A DNA stretch of 64,000 bases from Rikenellaceae bacterium (lineage in GTDB: Bacteria; Bacteroidota; Bacteroidia; Bacteroidales; Rikenellaceae). A program made the position numbers and the translations under genes. Positions 10,144-19,476 of the stretch are shown here, piece by piece (position 1 is the stretch's first letter; each line of letters begins with the position of its first letter). The notes beneath the pieces were generated by a model, which was given only the letters and a program-made list of their open reading frames with translations, ran no database searches and had not been told where the DNA came from. The DNA lies in the NCBI GenBank assembly GCA_021201795.1, contig JAJQEF010000016.1, forward strand, positions 20,531-84,530. The letters run 5' to 3'.

Positions 10144-10527
10144 ATGGAAAATTTAAAACCCGGTATCACTTACACAGCTGAAACTATTGTATCGGAAGAT
10201 AATTCAGCTCTCAGGCTCGGATCCGGACAGCTTGCTGTCTTTGCAACGCCAATGATGATTGCACTCATGGAAAATGCTTCTTTAAATGCTGTCGCTCCTT
10301 ATTTGGATGAAGGCGCGGATACGGTGGGGACAGCGGTCAATATCGTTCACTCGAAAGCGACTCCTGTCGGAGATAAAGTTACGGCAACAGCGATCCTGAC
10401 AGGTGTCGACTGACGTAAATTGACATTCGATGTCATTGCCGAGGACTCAAATGGAGAAATCGGAATGGGCACCCACGAACGCTTTATTGTGGATGTAGAA
10501 AAGTTCATGGGCAAACTAAAAAAATAG
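10144..10527 (+). pseudogene. small hotdog-fold thioesterase interrupted by an in-frame TGA
   Basis: ORF 10144..10413 ends at TGA (10411-10413). The same frame continues RKLTFDVIAEDSNGEIGMGTHERFIVDVEKFMGKLKK to TAG at 10527. The joined 127 aa match the length and the THERFIV end of the FlK-like thioesterase family. Confidence 0.7.
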
Positions 10528-10557
10528 CATTCTTTTTGAGGTGAGAAAATAAAACCT

Positions 10558-10565
10558 TATTTTTG
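10558..10565 (+). promoter_or_regulatory. -7 promoter motif TATTTTTG
   Basis: TAnnTTTG match 67 nt upstream of the fba ATG. Confidence 0.35.
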
Positions 10566-10631
10566 AATGATAATTAAAAGTCGTTGGCAAACGGCTGTAA
10601 AACGGAATTTTAAACCTAAATATAATTTAAA

Positions 10632-11702
10632 ATGAGCAAAACAAATTTCCCAGCCGGAGTTATCTCAGGTGATCAGGTACAGGAACTTTTATCATACGCA
10701 AAACAGAAAGGTTTTGCAATTCCTGCTGTTAACGTAACAGGTACGGATACTGTTAACGCGGTTCTCGAAACGGCAATGATCGTTAATTCGCCGGTCATCA
10801 TCCAGTTGTCTAACGGAGGTGCTTCTTTCTACGCTGGTAAAGGTTTGTCTAACGACGGACAGAAATCTGCTATCCTCGGTGCGGTATCTGCGGCAAAACA
10901 CGTACACACTGTTGCAGAAGCTTACGGTATTCCTGTGATCCTTCACACCGACCACGCGGCTAAAAAACTTCTTCCATGGATCGACGGACTTTTGGACGAA
11001 GGGGAAAAATATTATAAAGAGACAGGCAAACCACTTTTCAGTTCGCACATGCTCGATCTTTCAGAAGAAACTTTGGAAGAAAATATCGATATTTGTAAAA
11101 AATATCTTGCACGCATGAGTAAGATCGGTATGACTTTGGAGCTGGAATTAGGTATCACCGGTGGTGAAGAAGACGGTGTGGACAATACTCATGTCGACGC
11201 ATCTAAACTGTACTCTCAACCTGAAGACGTTGCATACGCTTACGAAGAGCTTATCAAGATCAGCCCTAACTTTACTATCGCTGCGTCGTTCGGTAACGTC
11301 CACGGTGTTTACAAACCGGGTAACGTAGTTCTAAGCCCAGAGATACTTAACAACTCCCAGAAATATATCCAGGAGAAATACGGTACTGCCGAGAAACCGG
11401 TTAACTTCGTATTCCACGGAGGATCAGGTTCTGAGCCTGCTAAAATCCAGGAATCGCTTACTTACGGCGTTATCAAAATGAACCTCGATACTGATATTCA
11501 GTGGGCGTTCTGGGATGGTATTCGTAAGTATTACAATGCTAAGAAAGATTACTTACAGGCTCAGTTAGGCAATCCTGAAGGAGAAGACAAACCTAACAAA
11601 AAATATTATGACCCACGTGCATGGTTGAGGAAGGGTGAGGAGTCTATCATCGAACGTCTTAAAGTTTCTTTCAAGGACCTTAACTGTATCGACGTACTAT
11701 AA
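10632..11702 (+). CDS. fbaA: class II fructose-bisphosphate aldolase
   Basis: 356 aa. AIPAVNVTG, HTDH and FHGGSG motifs of class IIa FBA. Confidence 0.93.
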   Translation: MSKTNFPAGVISGDQVQELLSYAKQKGFAIPAVNVTGTDTVNAVLETAMIVNSPVIIQLSNGGASFYAGKGLSNDGQKSAILGAVSAAKHVHTVAEAYGIPVILHTDHAAKKLLPWIDGLLDEGEKYYKETGKPLFSSHMLDLSEETLEENIDICKKYLARMSKIGMTLELELGITGGEEDGVDNTHVDASKLYSQPEDVAYAYEELIKISPNFTIAASFGNVHGVYKPGNVVLSPEILNNSQKYIQEKYGTAEKPVNFVFHGGSGSEPAKIQESLTYGVIKMNLDTDIQWAFWDGIRKYYNAKKDYLQAQLGNPEGEDKPNKKYYDPRAWLRKGEESIIERLKVSFKDLNCIDVL

Positions 11703-11732
11703 TAATTTAACTAAAATACACTAACCACACAA

Positions 11733-12965
11733 ATGAAAGAAGCTGTTGCTATTCTTACAGGCGGCGGACCGGCACCGGGTATGAATACCGTTGTCGGAAG
11801 CGTTGCCAAGACTTTTTTGAAGAACGGATACCGCGTTATAGGACTGCACGAAGGCTACTCGGGATTATTTTCTCAGAATCCGCGCCACGAGAACCTTACG
11901 TTTACAGTAGCTGACGACATATTCAACAGGGGAGGATCGTACCTCGTAATGAGCCGTTTTAAACCGACTGACGATAATTTCAAGAACGATTTCAATCTCG
12001 ATTTTTTCGTTAAAAACAATGTTAAACTTCTCGTTACAGTAGGTGGGGACGATACTGCTTCCACTGCGAACCGTATCGCTAAGTTCTTGGAGGAAAAAAA
12101 TTATCCTATCTCTAACATCCATGTTCCGAAAACTATCGATAACGACCTTCCTCTTCCGGTAGGTTCGCCCACATTCGGATACCAGTCTGCAAAGGATCAG
12201 GGTTCCGTTATCGGACGTACGCTTTACACTGACGCTAAGACCAGTGAAAACTGGTTCGTGGTTGCAGCTATGGGACGTTCTGCAGGACATCTTGCATTCG
12301 GAATCGGTACTGCATGCCATTATCCGATGATCATCGTTCCAGAGATGTTCAATAAAACGACTATCACAGTAGACAAAATAGTGAAACTTATGGTTTCTAC
12401 TGTTTTGAAACGCAAGCTCATGGGAGTGAACTACGGTGCTATTATGGTATCGGAAGGAGTGTTCCACGATCTTAGTGCGGAAGAAGTTGAAAAAACTGGC
12501 GTACAATTTACTTACGATGCTCATGGACACCCTGAATTGGGTAAAATTTCAAAAGCACAGGTGTTCAACACTATGCTTGAGAATGCGCTTGCTGAAGTTA
12601 AAGTTAAAGTAAGAAGCCGTCCGGTAGAGATAGGGTATGAAGTAAGATGCCAGACACCGATCGCTTACGATCTTGTTTACTGTTCGATGTTGGGCATGGG
12701 AGTTTACAAACTCTTCACTGAAGGTAAATCGGGATGTATGGTTTACGTCGATCCGGCAGGGGAAGTATCTCCGTTGTTCCTGAAAGATCTTCAGGATACT
12801 AAAACAGGAAAAATTCCGCCGCGTCTCGTCGACATCAACTCTAACAAGATACAGTCGGTTATTCAGAACCTTCTTCATTTTATTACTCCGGAAGATTACG
12901 AAGGTGCCAAACAATATGTTTCTAATCCGGAAGAATATGATTTCTATAAAATACTTAACTGGTAA
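11733..12965 (+). CDS. 6-phosphofructokinase, predicted PPi-dependent
   Basis: LTGGGPAPGMN, GGDDT and PKTIDNDL. The Asp in GGDD and the Lys in PKTIDND are the established signatures distinguishing PPi-PFK from ATP-PFK (GGDGS/PGTIDND). Confidence 0.85.
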   Translation: MKEAVAILTGGGPAPGMNTVVGSVAKTFLKNGYRVIGLHEGYSGLFSQNPRHENLTFTVADDIFNRGGSYLVMSRFKPTDDNFKNDFNLDFFVKNNVKLLVTVGGDDTASTANRIAKFLEEKNYPISNIHVPKTIDNDLPLPVGSPTFGYQSAKDQGSVIGRTLYTDAKTSENWFVVAAMGRSAGHLAFGIGTACHYPMIIVPEMFNKTTITVDKIVKLMVSTVLKRKLMGVNYGAIMVSEGVFHDLSAEEVEKTGVQFTYDAHGHPELGKISKAQVFNTMLENALAEVKVKVRSRPVEIGYEVRCQTPIAYDLVYCSMLGMGVYKLFTEGKSGCMVYVDPAGEVSPLFLKDLQDTKTGKIPPRLVDINSNKIQSVIQNLLHFITPEDYEGAKQYVSNPEEYDFYKILNW

Positions 12966-12984
12966 TCAGTGGTATTCGATAATA

Positions 12985-13010
12985 AAAAGGGAGCCCTTAG
13001 GCTCCCTTTT
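12985..13010. terminator. bidirectional intrinsic terminator hairpin
   Basis: aaaaagggagcc-ctta-ggctccctttt between the convergent pfk and helicase genes. Confidence 0.7.
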
Positions 13011-16000
13011 ACAATTCTATTTCTTCGATATTTCCGGTCTCCACGTACCATAAGTATCCGTTGATATCTTCATACCCCATCTGTTGAAGAAGATACATAT
13101 AATTCCTTACCTGACGAATATACCTATTATCGCTCTTCTGTCCGAATTTATAATCGATCACCACAGCTTTTTTCCCTTTTATCATTACGCGGTCAGGGAT
13201 TTTTATTTTGTAAATTTCGGAAGGTACGAGTACTGCATTTTCGATCCGGACTTTGTCCCAGCCTCCGTCGAACCATGAAGCGACGTAGGGATTATCCAGT
13301 GCCTTACCGATTTTTTCTGATAACGGTCTGATATCGCTGTTGGAGATAGCGCCTTCGAATTCCAGTTTTTTAAGTACGTCATCTATATCGTTACTTGTCA
13401 CAATGGATTCGAATACACGGTGCATTATCCGTCCGTAATTTCTCGAACTCATTGTGTTCCCTGTATTTTCGAGTTTATCAGCGGATGTTTTTAACCTGAG
13501 TTTGCCGCGGAAGTCGGTTACGGGATATAATATTTCTATACGTTTTTCCTGTTCCTGTTTGCCGCAATCTACATTTATTCCCTTTAGTCCGAACTCATAA
13601 ATTTTGCGAAGTTCCTCGATGGTCAGAGTTCCTTCCATATTACCGATATGTACAGTATTATTATCCGAAACTTCGATGATTCGCAGTATGGAATTATTGA
13701 CTGTCGTGGATTTCAAGTTGCGGGGACTCTCCATGAATATATGAAGTTCGTCCTCGGCCCGGGTTACTGCGACATATAACAAATTCAGATTATCTATATG
13801 GGAATAGACCAATTCTTTCAAATAGTATTCAGCATAGAATGACGACCCAAGTAATTTTTTATATCTTAAGGGGTAATTCCCGAGCTGTTTTACCACTTCT
13901 GTATCCGTATTTCCCCATATAATGCTCCTGCTGTTGGGGTCCATGTTCCACGATACGTAAGGCATAAACACTACCGGATACTGAAGTCCCTTTGCTTTGT
14001 GGATAGTAATTACGGTTATAGCATTCTGTCCATGCGGTAGATTTATGGATTCTGCCGATCCGTTCTCTTCCCACCATTTTAAGAAGAGGTGCATATCCGA
14101 AATTTTAGAAGAGGAATAGGATAGTATCTGGTCGTGCAGGGCTTGGAGATAAGCCGTGTCATCCGGATCCTTGCCAAGGTCGTAACGTGAAACAATCATC
14201 TCGAAGGATTCTTCCAATGATACCGTTTTGATCGATCTCAGGAAATCGAGCTCTTCGTCCGTAATAGTGTGGTGAACCATTCTCCCCATAAAAGTGAGGT
14301 AAACAGCCTCGCTGACCTTCCTGTTTATATTTGCCGCGATACGCATACATGAAATTACGAACTGAACCACAGGTGAATTTCCAATTATAAGAGCCTGCTG
14401 TGTAACGACATCATAACAATAGCCGTCGTTCCCGAAACTTTTCTTCTTCAGTAAAATATTCGCTATCGTAGTTGCTTCGTAGTTATAACGTACGATGACC
14501 GCAATGTCGCTTGCGCGATATCCACGGTTCTGGACCTCTTTGATCTGTTCTATAAAATATTCTTCGTCGAATCCTTTTTCCGGATCTTTTTCATATTCTG
14601 TTATTTTTATGTAACCGCTGTTGCCGCTATTTTTGCCGGATGTTTTCTGTACAGAATTTTTATAGGCTGTTTGTGTTAGATCGGTAAGTTCATTTTTTAC
14701 GAACCCGTTTATCTGACCATTAACCGCAGCATCTTCCAGTATTCCATTCAGCAGATTATTCTCAGAATCGGCAAGTCGGGTAATAAGATTATTGTTAAAA
14801 TCGATTACATCCGGTTTACTTCGGTAATTAGTGTCGAGGCTCACCGGTAAGGAATCCGAAAACTTTTCTTCTACGCCGCTTCCCAATATATCCCAGTTTC
14901 CACCTCTCCAGCGGTAAATGGATTGCTTTATGTCGCCGACCACCAGAACCGGATTCCCTTCATCCTGGGACAGGGCGTTCTCCAACAATGGAATGAAATT
15001 TTTCCACTGGGAGTGAGATGTATCCTGAAATTCGTCGATCATGTAGTTACTGTAATGATTACCAGCCTTCTCGAAGATAAATGGTGTATCGTTGTTTTCA
15101 ATCAACTTGTTGATAATACGGTTTGTATCAGATATCAGCATAAGGTTGTTCTCATTACAGATGTCGTTTATTTTTTTCGATATATCCGCAAAAAGAGCAA
15201 ATACCCTGAAATTTTCTTTAATCAATAGTAAGGTATTGACGTATTTGTTGTTACGGTCGTAATTCCCGCAAAGGTCTGTAAGTATAGGTTTTAAAACAGG
15301 AATAGCGGAAATTATTTCACTCTTGTTTTTACAACTTTTGGAATACCATTTTTCATCCGACATTAAAGCGTCGGAAACTCTTTTACCGTAGGGAGTGTTT
15401 ATGTTGCCGTTTGCAAGCTCGTAAAAATAATTTATAAATCCTTTGCGCCCGTAAGCGAAGTCGTCCGGTGAAAGTCCGAATGTATTCAGATGATTGACAG
15501 CTTCCTGAGCCGTGTCTTTGATCTTTGCTGAATATTTGGCCAGCCATTCGTTGACCGAGGCGAGGATTTTATTTAGTTCTTTTTTGTCGGACGGAGGATT
15601 GTAAAGGCTCCGGAATTCTTCCGTGAAAATTTCTTTACCTAAATTTACGAGTTCACTTTTAAAATCCCATTTTTTGTTATCGTCGATGCGTTCGTCCACG
15701 AGTTCCGTTATCCAGTTTCTCAACTCGGGATCTTTGGAGGAATCTTCGATAAGGGAATCTACCGCATTGGATAGTACGCCTTCCGTTTTAAGTTCGAGAT
15801 TAACGTCATTGTCTATTCCCAGTTCCCTGAAGAATGCGTGAATGATTCTCTGGAAGAATTTATCGATCGTCATGACCGAGAACCTCGAATAGTCGTGAAG
15901 TATTCGAGTTCGCGCGATTATCGCCCGTTCCCTTATCTGACTGCTCGAGAATCCTGTTTCTTTTTTCAATTCTTCCAGAAATGCCGGCAGCCTCCCGTCT

Positions 16001-16200
16001 TTATCGATTCCGTTGGCAAGATCGTTGATCTCTTTGATAATACGGTGCTTCATTTCTTCCGTCGCCTTATTGGTGAATGTAACAGCGAGAATATTCTTGT
16101 AAACATCCGGATCCTTTATTACCCTGCTGACATATTCGTATGACAGCAGGTAAGTTTTACCGGAACCTGCGGAAGCCTTGACTATTTTTATTGTTCCCAT
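13009..16200 (-). CDS. UvrD/AddA-type helicase with C-terminal PD-(D/E)XK nuclease
   Basis: Walker A ASAGSGKTY, motif II MIDEFQDTS, C-terminal nuclease motif VVIDYKFG..Y. 1063 aa. Confidence 0.8.
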   Translation of the reverse strand: MGTIKIVKASAGSGKTYLLSYEYVSRVIKDPDVYKNILAVTFTNKATEEMKHRIIKEINDLANGIDKDGRLPAFLEELKKETGFSSSQIRERAIIARTRILHDYSRFSVMTIDKFFQRIIHAFFRELGIDNDVNLELKTEGVLSNAVDSLIEDSSKDPELRNWITELVDERIDDNKKWDFKSELVNLGKEIFTEEFRSLYNPPSDKKELNKILASVNEWLAKYSAKIKDTAQEAVNHLNTFGLSPDDFAYGRKGFINYFYELANGNINTPYGKRVSDALMSDEKWYSKSCKNKSEIISAIPVLKPILTDLCGNYDRNNKYVNTLLLIKENFRVFALFADISKKINDICNENNLMLISDTNRIINKLIENNDTPFIFEKAGNHYSNYMIDEFQDTSHSQWKNFIPLLENALSQDEGNPVLVVGDIKQSIYRWRGGNWDILGSGVEEKFSDSLPVSLDTNYRSKPDVIDFNNNLITRLADSENNLLNGILEDAAVNGQINGFVKNELTDLTQTAYKNSVQKTSGKNSGNSGYIKITEYEKDPEKGFDEEYFIEQIKEVQNRGYRASDIAVIVRYNYEATTIANILLKKKSFGNDGYCYDVVTQQALIIGNSPVVQFVISCMRIAANINRKVSEAVYLTFMGRMVHHTITDEELDFLRSIKTVSLEESFEMIVSRYDLGKDPDDTAYLQALHDQILSYSSSKISDMHLFLKWWEENGSAESINLPHGQNAITVITIHKAKGLQYPVVFMPYVSWNMDPNSRSIIWGNTDTEVVKQLGNYPLRYKKLLGSSFYAEYYLKELVYSHIDNLNLLYVAVTRAEDELHIFMESPRNLKSTTVNNSILRIIEVSDNNTVHIGNMEGTLTIEELRKIYEFGLKGINVDCGKQEQEKRIEILYPVTDFRGKLRLKTSADKLENTGNTMSSRNYGRIMHRVFESIVTSNDIDDVLKKLEFEGAISNSDIRPLSEKIGKALDNPYVASWFDGGWDKVRIENAVLVPSEIYKIKIPDRVMIKGKKAVVIDYKFGQKSDNRYIRQVRNYMYLLQQMGYEDINGYLWYVETGNIEEIEL

Positions 16201-17081
16201 ACTACCTCCATATTGTCTATGATGTTTAAATCGATATCTGGCGTGCCTCCTGTTTTAGTACAAACATAAGCGGAGAGAACCGTTCCGTAACGGTGTGCCT
16301 CACGTATGGAATGGCCGTTGGTAAGTTTATGAATGAATCCGGCCGTAAAAGAGTCGCCAGCACCGACCGTGTCTGCTATTGTAACCTTCGGCGGCCTGCA
16401 TATGGATACTTCGCCGTTATTCATAACCATGCTTCCGTTTTTGCCATAGGTTAAAATGATGGTGGATATTCCGTATTTTTGGCTGATCGTTCTGCAAAAA
16501 TACACATCGTTGCCGGTTATTTTTTCTATTGATTTTATGATGTCGCGTTCCTCATGGTTGATCTTCAGAATGTCGCATGCGACAAGACATTTTATAATAA
16601 TTTCGTTATTATAAAATTGCTGTCTCAAGTTCAGGTCGCAGACATTTAAACATTTTTCATTAGTATTGCTCAAGAACCCGAAAATGGAGATTTTCGTTTG
16701 TTGATATCTTAAGGGCAGGGTTCCGAAACATACAGCCGTACATTTTTTAGCGATTTCGATCGAGTCATCGTTTAATATTATTTCATCCCATGCTGTGTTC
16801 TCGGAAATTTCATAAGTCGGAGAACCGTATGTGTCGGTACTTACGATAACGGTTCCTGTCGGTTTTTCGGATATTTCCAGCAAATATTTCATGCCTTTTA
16901 CGGCAAGCTCTTTGGTCAATTCCGATCCGTTCGTATCATTTCCGACCGAACTTATAAGTACCCCGTTGTTCCCGAGCCTGTTAATGTGATAAATAAAATT
17001 GGTGGGAGCTCCGCCGAGATATTTGCCGTCCGGGAAAATATCCCAGAGAACCTCACCGATGCCGGCTATGATTTTGTCCAT
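16188..17081 (-). CDS. PfkB-family carbohydrate kinase (fructokinase-like)
   Basis: LGGAPTNF near the N-terminus, DTVGAGDSFTAGF near the C-terminus. Overlaps the helicase start by 13 nt. Confidence 0.8.
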   Translation of the reverse strand: MDKIIAGIGEVLWDIFPDGKYLGGAPTNFIYHINRLGNNGVLISSVGNDTNGSELTKELAVKGMKYLLEISEKPTGTVIVSTDTYGSPTYEISENTAWDEIILNDDSIEIAKKCTAVCFGTLPLRYQQTKISIFGFLSNTNEKCLNVCDLNLRQQFYNNEIIIKCLVACDILKINHEERDIIKSIEKITGNDVYFCRTISQKYGISTIILTYGKNGSMVMNNGEVSICRPPKVTIADTVGAGDSFTAGFIHKLTNGHSIREAHRYGTVLSAYVCTKTGGTPDIDLNIIDNMEVVWEQ

Positions 17082-17148
17082 AAAAAAACCTACTTCTGTA
17101 AGTCAAAAGTAGGAATTTTTATCTTGATAGTATCGTAATTCAAAATAT

Positions 17149-18024
17149 TTAGCCGTAAATCTCCTTTTTAACTGCCTTCAAAGTATTTTTCATAAGTGAA
17201 ATTATTGTCATAGGACCTACGCCTCCCGGAACAGGAGTGATGTAACTGCATTTCGGAGCTACCTCGTCGAATTTTACATCTCCGAGAAGTTTCCAGCCCG
17301 ATTTCGTTTTATCACTCTTTACACGTGTAATACCGACGTCGATTACTACTGCTCCGTCTTTGACCATATCCGCTGTCACGAATTCCGCGATACCCAAGGC
17401 AGCAATGATTATATCCGCTTGTGCTACTTCTTCTTTAAGATTTGCGGTTCTGCTGTGACATATTGTAACCGTGCAATCCCATCCTTTCTGAGATAGAAGA
17501 TTCGCAATAGGTCTGCCGACAATATTGCTTCTGCCGATTACAGCGCATTTTTTACCTGCTGTCTGGATGTTGTAGTATTTAAGAAGTTCGAGTATGCCGT
17601 CTGGTGTCGCAGGAAGATATGAGGGAAGTCCGTTTATCATGCGTCCCGTATTTACCGGATGGAAGCCGTCCACATCTTTTTTAGGATCTATGGCTTCGGT
17701 AACCTTTTGTTCAGAAATATGTTTGGGCAAAGGAAGCTGTACTATGAAACCATCTACGGTATCGTCATTGTTGAGTTTGGCAATTTCATCGAGAAGCTGT
17801 TCTTCGGTGATCGTTTCTTCGAATTTGAGAACTGTCGACCTGAATCCGCACTCGTTACAACATTTTTCTTTATGTCCTACGTAGGTATGGCTCGCACCGT
17901 CGTCTCCGACAAGAATAGCAACAAGATGAGGAGCTCTTTGTCCTGCTTCCGTCAATTTACGGACTTCGGCAGAAATGTCTGCCTTCAGGCTGTCCGCAAC
18001 CTCTTTACCCTTGATTAATTCCAT
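17149..18024 (-). CDS. folD: bifunctional methylenetetrahydrofolate dehydrogenase/cyclohydrolase
   Basis: 291 aa. [23 protein letters not shown] and [10 protein letters not shown] motifs. Confidence 0.95.
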   Translation of the reverse strand: MELIKGKEVADSLKADISAEVRKLTEAGQRAPHLVAILVGDDGASHTYVGHKEKCCNECGFRSTVLKFEETITEEQLLDEIAKLNNDDTVDGFIVQLPLPKHISEQKVTEAIDPKKDVDGFHPVNTGRMINGLPSYLPATPDGILELLKYYNIQTAGKKCAVIGRSNIVGRPIANLLSQKGWDCTVTICHSRTANLKEEVAQADIIIAALGIAEFVTADMVKDGAVVIDVGITRVKSDKTKSGWKLLGDVKFDEVAPKCSYITPVPGGVGPMTIISLMKNTLKAVKKEIYG

Positions 18025-18026
18025 AA

Positions 18027-19349
18027 TTATCTTTTTTTCCTCATTTTAGGCATTTTACCGAATGACCCGCCCGCAACTGTTTTCATCATTTTACGCGTGT
18101 CCTCGAATTGTTTCAGGAGCCTGTTTACCTCTACAAGAGATCTTCCGCTGCCTTTTGCAATCCTCTCCCTGCGCGTGCCGTTGATAATAGCTGGATTTGC
18201 TCTTTCTTCCGGAGTCATCGAGTAAATGATGGCTTCGGTATATTTGAATGCGTCGTCGCTGATCTCCACGTCCTTCAATGCTTTTCCTACACCCGGGATC
18301 ATCGATGCTATATCTTTAAGATTACCCATTTTTTTGATCTGAGCTATCTGCGCAAGGAAGTCATTGAAGTCAAACTGATCCTTTACGAGTTTTTTCTTAA
18401 GTTTACGGGCTTCATCTTCGTCATACTGTTCCTGTGCTTTTTCCACAAGGGATACGATATCACCCATTCCGAGTATCCTGTCAGCCATACGTTCAGGATG
18501 GAATACCTGAAGAGCATCCATTTTTTCGCCCATGCTGACGAATTTGATCGGTTTGTTTACGACCGAACGGATTGATATAGCTGCACCGCCGCGCGTATCA
18601 CCGTCGAGTTTGGTAAGTACCACACCGTCGAAATCGAGCCTGTCGTTGAATTCTTTCGCGGTATTGACTGCATCCTGTCCTGTCATCGAGTCGACGACGA
18701 AAAGAATCTCTCCCGGCTCGATGGCTTTTTTTATGGCAGCGATCTCGTTCATCATCTCTTCATCTACAGCAAGACGTCCTGCGGTATCGACGATCACTGT
18801 ATTTATGTGATTATCCTTTGCATATTTTATTGCGTTCTCAGCGATCTTTACAGGATCCTTAATATCTTCCGTATAAACTTCTACATTTACCTGTTCACCG
18901 AGAATCTTCAATTGGTCAATCGCCGCCGGTCTGTAAACGTCGCCTGCGACAAGAAGAACCTTTTTTCCTTTTTTGCTTTTTATGAAACTTGCGAGTTTGC
19001 CGGAGAATGTAGTTTTACCCGAACCCTGGAGTCCCGCTATAAGGATTACCGCTGGATTGCCTGAAAGGTCGATATCGGACATGGTGCCGCCCATGAGAGC
19101 CGCAAGTTCATCATGTACGATCTTAACCATTTGCTGGCCCGGTTTAACGGCAGTAAGTACGTTCTGTCCGAGAGCTTTTGTTTTTACATCGTCAGTAAAT
19201 GTTTTTGCAACCTTGTAGTTGACGTCTGCATCGATAAGCGCCCTTCTGACTTCTTTAAGGGTCTCTGCTATGTTTATTTCCGTGATCTTGCCTTCGCCTT
19301 TAAGCAGTTTAAAGGACCGTTCAAGTTTATCGCTTAAATTTTCAAACAT
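18027..19349 (-). CDS. ffh: signal recognition particle protein
   Basis: NG domain [20 protein letters not shown]. Met-rich M domain. 440 aa. Confidence 0.96.
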   Translation of the reverse strand: MFENLSDKLERSFKLLKGEGKITEINIAETLKEVRRALIDADVNYKVAKTFTDDVKTKALGQNVLTAVKPGQQMVKIVHDELAALMGGTMSDIDLSGNPAVILIAGLQGSGKTTFSGKLASFIKSKKGKKVLLVAGDVYRPAAIDQLKILGEQVNVEVYTEDIKDPVKIAENAIKYAKDNHINTVIVDTAGRLAVDEEMMNEIAAIKKAIEPGEILFVVDSMTGQDAVNTAKEFNDRLDFDGVVLTKLDGDTRGGAAISIRSVVNKPIKFVSMGEKMDALQVFHPERMADRILGMGDIVSLVEKAQEQYDEDEARKLKKKLVKDQFDFNDFLAQIAQIKKMGNLKDIASMIPGVGKALKDVEISDDAFKYTEAIIYSMTPEERANPAIINGTRRERIAKGSGRSLVEVNRLLKQFEDTRKMMKTVAGGSFGKMPKMRKKR

Positions 19350-19370
19350 TACTTGTGGATTTTAAGAGTA

Positions 19371-19378
19371 CAAATGTA
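19371..19378 (-). promoter_or_regulatory. -7 promoter motif TACATTTG
   Basis: The reverse complement of caaatgta matches TAnnTTTG, 22 nt upstream of the ffh ATG. Confidence 0.4.
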
Positions 19379-19427
19379 GATAATTTCTATAAAAAATGAA
19401 ATAGCTCACGTCGTCTTTCTAAACAAC

Positions 19428-19453
19428 AAAACGGCGTTGTAAAACGCCGTTTT
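19428..19453 (-). terminator. intrinsic terminator after the mmd operon
   Basis: aaaacggcgtt-gtaa-aacgccgtttt, with a T-rich tail on the minus strand. Confidence 0.7.
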
Positions 19454-19476
19454 GTAAAATCTATGTTGGTTATCGA

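Noticed and set aside
13009-16200. The large UvrD-like helicase-nuclease as a defence or mobile-element gene.
   Set aside because: Its domain order and motifs match the recombination-repair AddA/RecB-like helicase-nuclease common in Bacteroidota. It is flanked by core metabolism genes, with no methylase, integrase or toxin nearby.
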